64,000 nucleotides of DNA from the IMG/VR virus record IMGVR_UViG_3300044680_000280, positions 310,001 through 374,000 of that record; one strand, 5' to 3'. How positions within the stretch are numbered: position 1 is the first letter of the stretch; the number at the start of each line of letters is the position of its first letter. The position numbers and the translations under genes were made by a program. Positions 1 through 9,408 of the stretch are shown here, piece after piece. The notes under the pieces are model-generated. The model was given only the letters and a program-made list of their open reading frames with translations. It ran no database searches and was not told where the DNA came from.

Positions 1-189
1 TTCTTTGTCGTCACGCTTCCGCCTCTCGGCGAGCATCGTGTCGGCCATCTCGGCCGCATCGGCGGCAAGATCCTCCCTTTCATCTTCGCCTACCGGGGTC
101 ATGGAGCTGCTCGAGAAGGCGCCCCTGATGACGGCGGCAGCGAAGCGATCCCAGGCCTTGCGCTCCTCTTTCGTTCGAATTCGATCCAT
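1..189 (-). CDS. hypothetical protein, truncated by window edge (MDRIRTKEERKAW...)
   Basis: Open frame from ATG 189 to the window end; A-motif at 201-207, 11 nt upstream; not in the ORF track. Confidence 0.7.
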   Translation of the reverse strand, partial: MDRIRTKEERKAWDRFAAAVIRGAFSSSSMTPVGEDEREDLAADAAEMADTMLAERRKRDDKE

Positions 190-289
190 GTTCCTCTACA
201 TACACCGACGCGGAGCGGGAGCCGAGCCCGAAAGGGGCTGGATAGTTGACCGATTTGCATGGCTTCGAGCCGGTGTACTTATATTCTAC

Positions 290-511
290 ATGAGCACAGA
301 GGACATCGTAAGGCTTACGCTCTGCATCATCCTATTCACGTTAATATGTCTCGCCTTGTCGGGCGTCTTGGACGAAGGGTCCGACAAGTCGAAGTCCGTG
401 GCGGAGAAGGGCGACGCTCTGTTCACTGAAGCCTGCGTTAACCAAGAGAACAGCGGGTCACCCCCTGAAAGCGGTGTATGGATAAAAAAGAACACCCATG
501 CCCACCGTTGA
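290..511 (+). CDS. small membrane protein
   Basis: A-motif at 271; N-terminal hydrophobic helix LTLCIILFTLICLAL. Confidence 0.7.
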   Translation: MSTEDIVRLTLCIILFTLICLALSGVLDEGSDKSKSVAEKGDALFTEACVNQENSGSPPESGVWIKKNTHAHR

Positions 512-1289
512 CGACGCTGCTTCGCCCCGACCTCAATTTGGCGTCATCTTTGACGTTGACGGGGTCCTTCTGGACTCCCTTCCCGCGCACCTGGACGTTT
601 GTCGAAAAAGGGGTCTCGAGTATGGGCTCAACCTCTCGATCCCGGACCCCGCGGCTTTCCGTTCGATGGTCCGTCAGGGCGTGAAGATCAGCCCCATGGT
701 CGACTTCTTCCGAGCGGTCGGCTTTCCGAGTGACCTAGCCGAACGTGCGGATTACGACTACCAACACAACTTCAGCCGTGAGTACACGTCTCCCCTCTTC
801 CCCGGTGTTTCCGAGATGCTGGCACGGTTCAAGACGGCCAACTGGGAGATGGGAATCGTGACGTCGAATACACGGGGAAATATTCGAGAATCTCTTGGAA
901 GTCTCAAGACGTACTTTCGGCACGAAAGCATATTCACCCGAGAGGACGGGATCTCCAAAGCGGTCGCCATCGAGTGCCTTACCGACCTGTTCTATCTCAA
1001 ACCCCACCAGGTCGTCTATATAGGAGACCAACCCGCCGATGCCAAGGCCGCTCTCGACGCGGGCGTCCGTTTCCTGGGCGTCACCTACGGTTGGGGTATC
1101 GAACGGGGAGACAACGGCATGGAGACGGTCGGTCACCCCAAGGAAATAGCCGATTATCTTCTCGCCGGTTTTACGGGCGGTACAACCCCGACGGAATCTT
1201 CGCCTTTGAGCGAGGATGCCCACATTTCATCAACACGTACATCGGCAAAACCTGCTCCTGCGACGACGCGCCAGTCCAGGAGGTCTTGA
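498..1289 (+). CDS. HAD-family hydrolase (phosphoglycolate phosphatase-like)
   Basis: Motif I FDVDGVLLDS, motif II IVTSN, motif IV YIGDQPAD. Confidence 0.9.
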   Translation: MPTVDDAASPRPQFGVIFDVDGVLLDSLPAHLDVCRKRGLEYGLNLSIPDPAAFRSMVRQGVKISPMVDFFRAVGFPSDLAERADYDYQHNFSREYTSPLFPGVSEMLARFKTANWEMGIVTSNTRGNIRESLGSLKTYFRHESIFTREDGISKAVAIECLTDLFYLKPHQVVYIGDQPADAKAALDAGVRFLGVTYGWGIERGDNGMETVGHPKEIADYLLAGFTGGTTPTESSPLSEDAHISSTRTSAKPAPATTRQSRRS

Positions 1290-1386
1290 AGCATGGGGCA
1301 GACAAAGCACGGCTCTCTAGGTTCAGTAAGCAACCTACACCTAACCACTTTCTTTTGTACGGCGTTGGGAAAGTGGCTTGCTCGCT

Positions 1387-1530
1387 GACCGTGCTCGGTT
1401 AGACTCTCCGTTGTCGAGGCGGTGAGTCGGTCCTGAGCACGGGCCGGTCTTTACAGCGTCGCAAGCCGGGCGAAACGACCGGCTAGAGCCCTGATTCGGT
1501 GTTCCACCACCGGGTCGGGGCTCGTGACTT
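1387..1530 (+). ncRNA. candidate structured RNA (three hairpins)
   Basis: Non-coding gap. Stems at 1389-1396/1435-1442, 1464-1469/1479-1484 and a 15-bp stem 1486-1500/1509-1523 with G-U pairs. Confidence 0.4.
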
Positions 1531-1593
1531 TTGTGGGTTTGGATTGCGGCTAGGACTGTGCCTTTCGTCGGACCCGCGGTGTATTAAAAAGGA

Positions 1594-2019
1594 ATGTCAA
1601 CAATTAATCCGGGAGACATCGTGCAACTCAAGTCGGGCGGTCCCAACATGACCGTCTCTCACCTCAACTCGGAGGGTGGGCATAGGGCTCACTGCTTCTG
1701 GTTTGATGGAAATACCCGACGAGATGCGGAATTTAATTCATGCACCTTGAATAAGGTTACGCCTAAGGTTACGCCAAAGAAGGAACCTCTCCCTCATGGT
1801 GGGTATCTCGAGTACAGTGGTGTCATCATTAATGTGACGCCTACACACCGCAACTTTGCTGTTTCAGTGCAGGTCGATGGGTTCGGGGATTTCGTGGCGT
1901 ATACCGCAGTCGGTCAACATGCACCACCAGTAGGTGCCGTGGCTAAGATACGAATTTACGAAAATCCCAGTCTCAATCGCATCCTAGAGTGGTCGACTTG
2001 CCATCACTCATCGGTGTAA
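1594..2019 (+). CDS. DUF2158/YodC-family N-terminus with unrelated C-terminal domain
   Basis: GDIVQLKSGGPNMTV...CFWFDG signature; A-motif at 1577. Confidence 0.8.
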   Translation: MSTINPGDIVQLKSGGPNMTVSHLNSEGGHRAHCFWFDGNTRRDAEFNSCTLNKVTPKVTPKKEPLPHGGYLEYSGVIINVTPTHRNFAVSVQVDGFGDFVAYTAVGQHAPPVGAVAKIRIYENPSLNRILEWSTCHHSSV

Positions 2020-2028
2020 TGGGACGGC

Positions 2029-2340
2029 ATGAGCACCGATAGGCAAACCCTCATCGAGGACATTCCCTACGGCGCCATTGTTACGGTTCACGGAAATGAG
2101 GGCTCCGTCGTGTCCTACATCGAACGCGACCTCAGTATACGGTCATTCACGATGTCCAGGCGACCCTACCACTGGCACCCTTTCTTCATGGTGCCTCACG
2201 TGTCCTTGGAGATGGAACGCTTCTTGATCGACTCCCTCTGGAGGGAGTCGCCACATGCGGACGAGGTAGTGGTCGCTCGAAGCCTCAACTCGGACGGTAG
2301 TGTTGACCGCTTCCTCTGGTCAATCAAACACGTGCTTTGA
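2029..2340 (+). CDS. hypothetical protein
   Basis: A-motif at 2012, 10 nt upstream. Confidence 0.7.
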   Translation: MSTDRQTLIEDIPYGAIVTVHGNEGSVVSYIERDLSIRSFTMSRRPYHWHPFFMVPHVSLEMERFLIDSLWRESPHADEVVVARSLNSDGSVDRFLWSIKHVL

Positions 2341-3004
2341 CGAATGGTCTTGCCAGTTCGAGCACACGAACGACTTGGGTGAGGTCAAACTGGTCGTCGA
2401 TCCTCACACCGGACTCCATGTCGATCCAGTAGGACTGCTCGAGGGGAATGGCGTTCAACCGTTCGATGACGTCGACGACATTGTCGGGGTTGATGCCGCC
2501 GGCGTACCCCACGGAGATTCCAGGTGGGGGCGCCACCCACTCCGCTTGGGCATCGATACCCCGACCCCCGGATGGGTCCAGGAGAACGCTCGCCGCGTAG
2601 TAATTCCTACCGATCGCTCGAACTTCATCGGCGGCGGCTTTGAGGCTTGGTTCGTTCTTTGCTTGAAGTATGAACTCCAGACGGCGCCAAAGTCGAGCAA
2701 GTTCGACGAAAAGGGGGCTCGGTCGCCAGCCGTTCACTTGAACTCGTTGGTACAAGTGGGATGGGAGACAGAAGCCGCTACCGTCGAGGACGTCTCGGGC
2801 GTAGCTACCGCATAGGTGGGCCGCGAGTGGCATGACGGGCATGCTGGCGACCCATTCATCGCTCGGGTACCGCGGCGTCCCGGTCCGTGCGGCCGAAAAG
2901 AGGATGCCCCATTCGACGAAGGGGAACTCCTTGGAGATACGTCGTAACTCCGAATGGGATACCTCGTCGTCGGCGCCCGTGATCGTGACCTTATTTAGAT
3001 ACAT
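2324..3004 (-). CDS. phosphoribosylanthranilate isomerase-like TIM-barrel protein
   Basis: VTITGAD, VEWGIL, YAGGINPDNV and WIDMESGVR motifs typical of phage PRAI-like proteins. Confidence 0.75.
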   Translation of the reverse strand: MYLNKVTITGADDEVSHSELRRISKEFPFVEWGILFSAARTGTPRYPSDEWVASMPVMPLAAHLCGSYARDVLDGSGFCLPSHLYQRVQVNGWRPSPLFVELARLWRRLEFILQAKNEPSLKAAADEVRAIGRNYYAASVLLDPSGGRGIDAQAEWVAPPPGISVGYAGGINPDNVVDVIERLNAIPLEQSYWIDMESGVRIDDQFDLTQVVRVLELARPFVKARV

Positions 3005-3210
3005 GAACCTACTCCGACTTTACCGTCACACACCAGGAGCTCTGTGTCGTCGTCCAGCATGTAGGAGTAGCGCTTGTAGACGTCTTTGGCCTTTTCCAGT
3101 GTCTCTGGATCGAGCTTATCGGCCTCCGTTAGGAGCTCAACGGTGTGCTTGATTAGATTCCGCGTTTCACGGAAGAGCTCGTATTGCCAGGGGGCGATTC
3201 CGTAGGGCAT
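2995..3210 (-). CDS. hypothetical protein
   Basis: A-motif at 3221, 10 nt upstream. Confidence 0.7.
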   Translation of the reverse strand: MPYGIAPWQYELFRETRNLIKHTVELLTEADKLDPETLEKAKDVYKRYSYMLDDDTELLVCDGKVGVGSCI

Positions 3211-3254
3211 GACTCTCTATTACACCGGCGGTGCCCCCCTTTTGGTGTAAAGGT

Positions 3255-3470
3255 AGAAGGAGGGCACGCCAGTTCTGGTGTCACCGTTGGGAACCCCCCT
3301 CGGCAGCCCTGCAAAAGCTTCAGCCGAGGGGGGCTTCGGTCTTTCTCGGGGCGACTGCATTTGAATCTCAATCACCCCTCAGTGGGGACAGGAAGACAAA
3401 CCCGTCGTTTCAATCCTATGTACGGACGGGCGAAGATAAAGACGTCGAGCACCCTGTTGGGGCACTAACC
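3255..3470 (+). ncRNA. candidate structured leader/ncRNA
   Basis: TGGTGTAA at 3243 is not followed by an ATG. 11-bp stem CCCCCCTCGGC 3294-3304/3323-3333, further stems, and a copy of the 21-bp element. Confidence 0.35.
3369..3389 (+). repeat. dispersed 21-bp element copy 1 (CAATCACCCCTCAGTGGGGAC)
   Basis: One mismatch to the copies at 22985, 25968 and 42027. Confidence 0.85.
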
Positions 3471-3493
3471 ATGTGGGAGGTGGGGTACAAACA

Positions 3494-3736
3494 ATGGCAA
3501 AGACTGCTAAGCAGAAGGAATGGACGCCGAAGCGGCTGCGTAAGGCGGTCACGGCGGGATCGAATGCCGAAAAGGTCGAGCTACTTCAGGAGATCGGGGT
3601 TTTGAAGAGTGACGGCACGCTGACCGAACGCACCGAGGACTGGGGCAATAAGCCAACGCGGACCCCGGAGATTGCGCTGGAGAATAAGAGGGACCCGATG
3701 GTTGAAAGGCCGGCACGACGGAGATCGTGTCGTTGA
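3494..3736 (+). CDS. hypothetical basic protein
   Basis: ORF with upstream GGAGG. Confidence 0.6.
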   Translation: MAKTAKQKEWTPKRLRKAVTAGSNAEKVELLQEIGVLKSDGTLTERTEDWGNKPTRTPEIALENKRDPMVERPARRRSCR

Positions 3737-3978
3737 AACCGATCAAAATCGGAGAGTACCCCATCAAGGGTCGTGCCGCCGATGTGCTGAAAGAGGCAAT
3801 TCGAGAAGCCAACGGCGTGCTTGCGGGCGGGGGTCTGTACCCTGAGACGCTGACCGTGCTTTCCCGTGCTGTGATCGCCATGGCGCCCGTCGTCGAGGCG
3901 GCGATTCAATACTCTGCCGGTAATGTGCCCCTACTGGAATTGGACGACGCTGTTCTCAAATTTGGGGAGTCGGCCTAG
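3727..3978 (+). CDS. hypothetical protein
   Basis: Overlapping-operon ORF. Confidence 0.6.
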   Translation: MSLKPIKIGEYPIKGRAADVLKEAIREANGVLAGGGLYPETLTVLSRAVIAMAPVVEAAIQYSAGNVPLLELDDAVLKFGESA

Positions 3979-4012
3979 GACGTGGTGTAAGGTCGTCGCA
4001 GAGGTACCAACC

Positions 4013-4441
4013 ATGATCAAGCAACTTTTCACCACCATTACATTCGCCGCTCCCCTAATGGTGGGCACGGTGCTCTTCGCGGCATGTGCCACCCCACCCA
4101 AGACCTCAGTGACCCCGCCGGCTCCCCCCGTTGTGGTTGCGACGGTCGCGCCCGCTCCTCCGAAGAATTGGTGTCAGGAGGCATGTGACCACATTGCCCA
4201 CACTTTTTCGTGCTCCGAGGGGAACGAAGCCGCGTGTGTTTCGGCCTACGAGACCATCGAAAAGGCGCCCATTCAAGGCATCGGGGGTCCGGGCTTCTGC
4301 CGGCAGATTGCCGAGGCGGCGAACGTCTCTTCGGTGTGTGACATCGGCATCAAGTGTACGGAACCGAATCCTGCGGGGCTCCTGATGCAGCCCCAGCGGT
4401 GCACGTGGGTCGACGTTTGCGGCAACAGGTGTGTCGACTGA
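4013..4441 (+). CDS. Cys-rich lipoprotein
   Basis: Signal peptide with lipobox LFAAC, Pro-rich linker, paired Cys. Confidence 0.7.
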   Translation: MIKQLFTTITFAAPLMVGTVLFAACATPPKTSVTPPAPPVVVATVAPAPPKNWCQEACDHIAHTFSCSEGNEAACVSAYETIEKAPIQGIGGPGFCRQIAEAANVSSVCDIGIKCTEPNPAGLLMQPQRCTWVDVCGNRCVD

Positions 4442-4770
4442 TGTCGGTTCCGGAGTCTCTACGAGTTGTCCTTTTCGTCGAGGGCGATTACTGGATCGCC
4501 CAAGGACTCGAGGTTGACCAGAACGCCCATGCGAGGACGCCCGCAGGGGCGCTTGCGAATCTGAGGGTGATTCTACGTCTACGAGCGGGATTCGATGAGA
4601 AAGCGGGTCGTCCGTTCCTGTCGCGATCTCGCCGGGCGGACGATGAAATGTTTACCCTTTTCGAGGAAGGGCTCCGCTGGGCGTGTCCCCCGAAGTCCAT
4701 GATGGAAGGGACACCGCCGTTCTCTGAGGTCCGTATGGTGCACAGAGCAGATGGAGTGCTCATCGGATGA
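4441..4770 (+). CDS. HicB-like antitoxin-fold protein
   Basis: DYWIAQGLEVDQNAHARTPAGALANL resembles the HicB N-terminal pattern. Confidence 0.5.
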   Translation: MSVPESLRVVLFVEGDYWIAQGLEVDQNAHARTPAGALANLRVILRLRAGFDEKAGRPFLSRSRRADDEMFTLFEEGLRWACPPKSMMEGTPPFSEVRMVHRADGVLIG

Positions 4771-4997
4771 TGACAAGTAAAGAGCAATGGGGAGTGTGGA
4801 TGCGGCCACTGTATCCCAATGTGGCCGAAGCTCAATGGTACCCGCCGCACTCACCGGACAAAGTTGTGGGGTCCTTGTTATTGGCCACTAGCGAGGCCGA
4901 CAGGCTGACCCGCGACGAATCAGTCGGTGGAGGCACTTGGCCTTGTTGGGCCTTTGAGGCGAAACCCTACGACCCGAGAGTTGGCGCGTCATTTTAA
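4767..4997 (+). CDS. hypothetical protein
   Basis: ATGA overlap with the previous gene. Confidence 0.55.
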   Translation: MMTSKEQWGVWMRPLYPNVAEAQWYPPHSPDKVVGSLLLATSEADRLTRDESVGGGTWPCWAFEAKPYDPRVGASF

Positions 4998-5010
4998 AGG
5001 AGCAACCGGA

Positions 5011-5178
5011 ATGAGCAACGATTTTGATGTAGAACTTTGGGCAACCTACCTTCGCATCGCCCTGGACAGCACGGCCGGTTCGAGCGACTCCCCATCGAAC
5101 ATCGTGGATAAGGCGAACGAGATCGCCAAGATAGCCGAGAGACTCGAACGAGAGACACGGCTAGCGTCGCGGGGCTAG
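5011..5178 (+). CDS. hypothetical protein
   Basis: AAGGAG upstream of ATG 5011. Confidence 0.6.
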   Translation: MSNDFDVELWATYLRIALDSTAGSSDSPSNIVDKANEIAKIAERLERETRLASRG

Positions 5179-5245
5179 AGTTCCCATACCCGAGGGCCGA
5201 ACTTTTCGGACGGTCGCGCTATCCCGTCGGTGTAATGATAGAGGT

Positions 5246-5518
5246 ATGAACAACTCCACGTTTGAGGTCGGATCGACGGTTTATCTGAAGTCGGGCGGAC
5301 CCCGCATGACGGTCATCGATGTGAAAGATGGGCCTCTCTACCGAGAGGTCCACTTGGCGTGGTTTTCGAATGGGGACCTAAAAACGGCCCAGATGGTATC
5401 CGATGCTCTGACGGATGTGAATCCCGCGGTTCCGCCGAAGCCCGCCCGTCCACCGGCCATTCCACCGGCTCCCACGAAGGAGTCCCTCTTTGGGCTCCTT
5501 CGTGGGAACTTAGGGTAG
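5246..5518 (+). CDS. DUF2158/YodC-family protein with Pro-rich tail
   Basis: GSTVYLKSGGPRMTV...LAWF; A-motif at 5228. Confidence 0.8.
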   Translation: MNNSTFEVGSTVYLKSGGPRMTVIDVKDGPLYREVHLAWFSNGDLKTAQMVSDALTDVNPAVPPKPARPPAIPPAPTKESLFGLLRGNLG

Positions 5519-5712
5519 GGGTTTGACATCCTATTTCGTACGTGGCATCTTTGACGGCAATGCTGGCCTCTTAGGAGGCGCAGCAAGCCTCTCGTGCTCT
5601 TGCGGTGAGGGCTGATCCAGCGCCAATGAGCCGGAAACGGACGACGCTGGATCGGTTGTTTACCTCTTTAACGGGGATACCGTTCCGAAGGAATGACGAT
5701 GAGAGGTTCACC

Positions 5713-5973
5713 ATGGCAAACGCGACCACGATGAAGGAACTCTACGACGCCTGCAAGGTCTGGAAGGAAGGCGACGACGTAGGCTTCGCCAACGTCATTA
5801 AGTGCTACCTCAGCTTGACAGACCGCAGCCCGCGCGTCTTGGCGGACGAGTTCGAAGCGGCGATCTCGACCGTCTCTCGATGGGCCAGTGGGTTCGCTAA
5901 GCCGAGACCCCGGATGCAGCGGGAGATCGTGGGCTGGATTGGCAAGCAGGCGGAGATGAGGCTATGCACGTGA
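5713..5973 (+). CDS. XRE-like helix-turn-helix protein
   Basis: LADEFEAAISTVSRWASG HTH pattern. Confidence 0.7.
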   Translation: MANATTMKELYDACKVWKEGDDVGFANVIKCYLSLTDRSPRVLADEFEAAISTVSRWASGFAKPRPRMQREIVGWIGKQAEMRLCT

Positions 5974-6182
5974 TCAGATCATCCGGTGAGAGGATTCGGA
6001 TCGCACATGCCATTGCCCGATTGAGAATCATCCTAGACCAGGTCGAACAGACGCTCGACGTGGACGCGCCCCCGGGGCCGGATGTCGGTCAAGCGGTCGC
6101 TCATACTGGTGTCGATCTTGCATGTTCGATTGCCCGTCTGGAAGCCTACATGCGTGCGGAAGAAGATAACGGTGGGGCGTGA
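5964..6182 (+). CDS. hypothetical protein
   Basis: Overlapping-operon ORF. Confidence 0.6.
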   Translation: MHVIRSSGERIRIAHAIARLRIILDQVEQTLDVDAPPGPDVGQAVAHTGVDLACSIARLEAYMRAEEDNGGA

Positions 6183-6691
6183 TGCCCGATTGGCTCAGTC
6201 ACTTGCTCATCTTTTTCAATGAAACGGGGGTTACCGAAGGCAAGCAGATCCTCTCCCTCTCTGAGCAGTGGCAACCCTTCACGGAAGAACAGTGGGTGAG
6301 ACTGGACTACCGAGTTCGGTCGGTCTGCGTCCGGGAGGCGATGTCGTTCTTCAATATGAGGCTTTTCAAGAGGCTCGGGGTATGTAAGCAGATTATCGAT
6401 CTGTGTGACCGTGCAGGTCGTGGTGAGATAGTCGCCCTTGTTGAGTGGAGCGAAGCTCGCGCCCTGGCGTCAGGTAAGGGTCTGCCAGTCGAGATCGTGA
6501 GAGCAACGCGAGAGCCGTCGTTGGTTGGGTCCTGGGTGGTTCGTGAGTTGGCGTCGTTGGTGTCTAGGAAACGAGGGGCACTGACGTGCGTTGCTCAAGC
6601 CACGTACAAGCTCATCGAGGAAGAGATCCGAGTAACGAGAGCCGCTCGTCTAACCGTCTGGTCGCATCTGATGGACGAGGACTCGGTGTAA
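6179..6691 (+). CDS. hypothetical protein with W-tag (paralog of 52628-53119)
   Basis: C-terminus RLTVWSHLMDEDSV*; shares EQWVRLDYRVRSVC with the paralog. Confidence 0.75.
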   Translation: MMPDWLSHLLIFFNETGVTEGKQILSLSEQWQPFTEEQWVRLDYRVRSVCVREAMSFFNMRLFKRLGVCKQIIDLCDRAGRGEIVALVEWSEARALASGKGLPVEIVRATREPSLVGSWVVRELASLVSRKRGALTCVAQATYKLIEEEIRVTRAARLTVWSHLMDEDSV

Positions 6692-6700
6692 GGATAGGCT

Positions 6701-7528
6701 ATGTCCGAACCGAAAGAGCTAATTCGTGGAGTCGCAGACGCAGAAGTGCGTACGGTTTCAATTGACGTGCCATACGGTCAGGGCTGGCGCGTCTCCGTTG
6801 GGAAGGTTTCTCTCACGTCGGATTCGTCTTTAGCGTCCGTCACCGTCGTAGGACCCAACGGGGGCTTGCGGACCATCGGAATCGACTTGGACAAGGTCAT
6901 TTTACTCAATCCGCCGATGGACATTCCGACTCCCGACAGGGCGGTCGTTCACCATGTCGCAAACGTCATGAACGACGTACGGCGCAGTCGCTTGCTGGGC
7001 GGCTCGGTCGCGAACACAGAATCCGCAACGCAGCTTCTTCTTGAACTCGTCCGAGGGGATGAGTCATCTTTGGGGAGAAGCGTCCTCATCCGTAAGGACC
7101 GTACGAAGGGCACCTATACGGCGCGTTGGATGGAACGGAACGTCATCGGACAGGGGATGACGCTTGAACAAGCCCTTCAGGAACTTAAGGCGGTCATCCT
7201 CTTTCAGGAGAAAATTGACGAGGAGGTTCTTGCCGCGGCTGAGGGAGATCAGCGTCTTGGGTCAGACTCTTTCATCGAATTCGCGCTGAACGTTCCCATA
7301 AACGATCAGTGGCGGGTCACCATGGCACGGATCGGTGCGGACTTGGCTCCCATCGCACATGTGGTTTTTCAATGCCTCGACGGGCGAGAGCATATTACGG
7401 GCATCCATCTTGACAAGGGGATCCTGCTGTGTCCACTCATTCACTTACCAAATCCGACCCCTGAGGTCATGAGCCAGATAGTGTCGAGAATGAATGAAGA
7501 ACGGGCTCGGTCACGGACCTACAGGTAG
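6701..7528 (+). CDS. hypothetical protein with internally duplicated domain
   Basis: DVPYGQGW...GIDLDKVILLNP and NVPINDQW...GIHLDKGILLCP; A-motif at 6684. Confidence 0.75.
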   Translation: MSEPKELIRGVADAEVRTVSIDVPYGQGWRVSVGKVSLTSDSSLASVTVVGPNGGLRTIGIDLDKVILLNPPMDIPTPDRAVVHHVANVMNDVRRSRLLGGSVANTESATQLLLELVRGDESSLGRSVLIRKDRTKGTYTARWMERNVIGQGMTLEQALQELKAVILFQEKIDEEVLAAAEGDQRLGSDSFIEFALNVPINDQWRVTMARIGADLAPIAHVVFQCLDGREHITGIHLDKGILLCPLIHLPNPTPEVMSQIVSRMNEERARSRTYR

Positions 7529-7557
7529 GTCCACTTCGGTCTCAATTCGCAAAAGCA

Positions 7558-7839
7558 GTGGGTCGAAACCATGGGTACATTACAGTCCAGAAGGAAAATG
7601 TAGGTGGTCTAATGGGTCGTCCCGGTGGTAACAGTGGCAAAGGTGGGCGCAATTACCGCCTGAACTGGAAAGACCACGACGGAGTGTCAAGATACTCGAA
7701 GTGGTCGATCCACCTCAACTCTGCTGGGAAGGCTGTCATCTGCTTTGACGGGCAACCCATGACGGGCACCCGCTCCTTCGCTTCCGTGGAGAACGCAAAG
7801 CGGCGGGTGGAGAAGATGATAAGAAAGGCGAAACTATAA
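7558..7839 (+). CDS. hypothetical basic protein
   Basis: ORF; TAATG overlap with the next gene. Confidence 0.55.
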   Translation: MGRNHGYITVQKENVGGLMGRPGGNSGKGGRNYRLNWKDHDGVSRYSKWSIHLNSAGKAVICFDGQPMTGTRSFASVENAKRRVEKMIRKAKL

Positions 7840-8042
7840 TGGCTCAGCACGTCAAGCCCGCTGATCACCCGAACTGTCCCGAATGCCGAGGGGAGACGGT
7901 CGAAGAGCTCCCCGGTGCCCCCGAGTGCTCTCTCGGGTGCCACTTCTACATCCGGAGCCTGGGCGCTTGGTTCGACGCTGACGTGCGAGGGGGCCCGCCC
8001 CTCGCAACGCGGCCGCCGTGCGCCCCCGAGGACGTTGTTTGA
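7839..8042 (+). CDS. small Zn-finger-like protein
   Basis: CPEC...CSLGC. Confidence 0.55.
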   Translation: MAQHVKPADHPNCPECRGETVEELPGAPECSLGCHFYIRSLGAWFDADVRGGPPLATRPPCAPEDVV

Positions 8043-8079
8043 GGTTGAACGTGGTTTCGATCTACGCTGTACTTCCGCC

Positions 8080-8283
8080 ATGGAAACCGTCGAACGTCTG
8101 ATGAAGGAGAACGAAGAGCTTCGGGCTCAGGTCAAAAAGCAACTCGTTTTGCTGAGGTCGGCAGAGTACGAGCTTTACAATGTGCGAGTACGGATGATAG
8201 CCGAAGACAAATACAAAGGCGACGCGTGGACCAGGCTCAACGCGCTACTTCATCTCATTCATGTGGCTACGGTCTCGACATGA
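8080..8283 (+). CDS. hypothetical coiled-coil protein
   Basis: B-promoter at 8045; ATG 8 nt after the TA of the -10 element. Confidence 0.7.
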   Translation: METVERLMKENEELRAQVKKQLVLLRSAEYELYNVRVRMIAEDKYKGDAWTRLNALLHLIHVATVST

Positions 8284-8528
8284 ACGGCAAGGCCCGACTC
8301 ATCGTTCACGGTGTGACAGTAGAGACTTGGACGAAGCGGTACGGCGTTTTACCGTTCAGTCATCCGTGCTCCGAGTGCGGCCGTATGTTGACGACCACGA
8401 TTCCGTTTGCTCAGGGCACGCTTCGCGGCCTGGCGGCTCCTCGCTGCGTTTGCGGAAATGAGGCAACCCCTTACGGTCTCGTTCGAGACTCGGCCTATGG
8501 AGACCTGTTTACGGGTCGGGAACGTTGA
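8280..8528 (+). CDS. small Zn-finger-like protein
   Basis: CSEC...CVCG; ATGA overlap. Confidence 0.6.
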   Translation: MNGKARLIVHGVTVETWTKRYGVLPFSHPCSECGRMLTTTIPFAQGTLRGLAAPRCVCGNEATPYGLVRDSAYGDLFTGRER

Positions 8529-9124
8529 TCGAAGTCGTACACGTCGAAACCGCCGAAGGTTGGGTACAAGGCGACGATCCGGATCTATCGGTCGGGCGGC
8601 GGGTGGTACCCCGGAGCGAGGAGAAGGAGAGGGTCGAAATTCGATCCTCTCTGGTCGGGCGTCGGTGTACCCTGATCGACATGAGCACACTTCTCGAGGA
8701 GCTGAGAAACGCCGGGTTTCAATACCACTCGAATCCGTTATTGGACCGAGCCGCGGATGAGATTGAACGGCTCACGAATGAGCTGGATGTGCTGATCGAT
8801 AACATTTGGCACGCGGGTAAGAACGAGTCAGACATCGTTGCCATCTCGAAGATCGTGGGGTACGAAGGGATCGGTAACCTCATTAGGATGGTCGAGGACC
8901 TCAAGAAGCGTGCCGACGAGGCCGAGAGTTACAAGGCGCAGGTCGAGGAACTTACGCAGAGGCTCGAAAGGGGGCGCATCCTCGAAGCTGCGGAGTCCGC
9001 GGTGACGTGCTTGTCGCACCGTACAGAGTGTCATGCAACGGGTTGCCTTTGCCATGACTGCCGGTCCTTCCGTTTTGCCACCCAGTTACTCGAATCCGTT
9101 AGAAGGGTTGACTCTAAAGATTGA
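8525..9124 (+). CDS. hypothetical coiled-coil protein (possible start 8681)
   Basis: LLDRAADEIERL phage-type motif, C-terminal Cys cluster. Confidence 0.6.
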   Translation: MIEVVHVETAEGWVQGDDPDLSVGRRVVPRSEEKERVEIRSSLVGRRCTLIDMSTLLEELRNAGFQYHSNPLLDRAADEIERLTNELDVLIDNIWHAGKNESDIVAISKIVGYEGIGNLIRMVEDLKKRADEAESYKAQVEELTQRLERGRILEAAESAVTCLSHRTECHATGCLCHDCRSFRFATQLLESVRRVDSKD

Positions 9125-9185
9125 TCCGTGAGCGGGTTGAACTCCGGCGAATCCCCGCTGTACTAGGAGGGAAGGAGTTACGACG

Positions 9186-9395
9186 ATGAAAGCCTACGGA
9201 CTCAATCGAATCGAAGATGGGGATGATGACGCGGTTGGCTGCGCCAGCAACGGGCGTGCCACCCACATTTACAGCGTCACTGGACGTTCGTACCGAAGCC
9301 TTCGAGGCGGCCGTAAGGATGCAGCTCGCCGTACCCACAAGCGCCGCGCCCGTGCCGAGGGCAAAAACATTACCCGCAACTGCGGCGAGGAATGA
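9186..9395 (+). CDS. small basic protein
   Basis: B-promoter at 9137 and SD. Confidence 0.65.
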   Translation: MKAYGLNRIEDGDDDAVGCASNGRATHIYSVTGRSYRSLRGGRKDAARRTHKRRARAEGKNITRNCGEE

Positions 9396-9408
9396 AAGGG
9401 AAACGACA

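Noticed and set aside
1387-1530. Hammerhead, twister or c-di-GMP riboswitch identity for the structured region
   Set aside because: Required conserved cores (CUGANGA/GAAA; the twister pseudoknots) could not be placed.
2300-2815. Long antisense/shadow ORFs (e.g. 2300-2815, 44476-45267, 50290-51000, 55067-55771, 58256-58666)
   Set aside because: They lie opposite well-supported genes, have no motif or SD, and look like GC-rich shadow frames.
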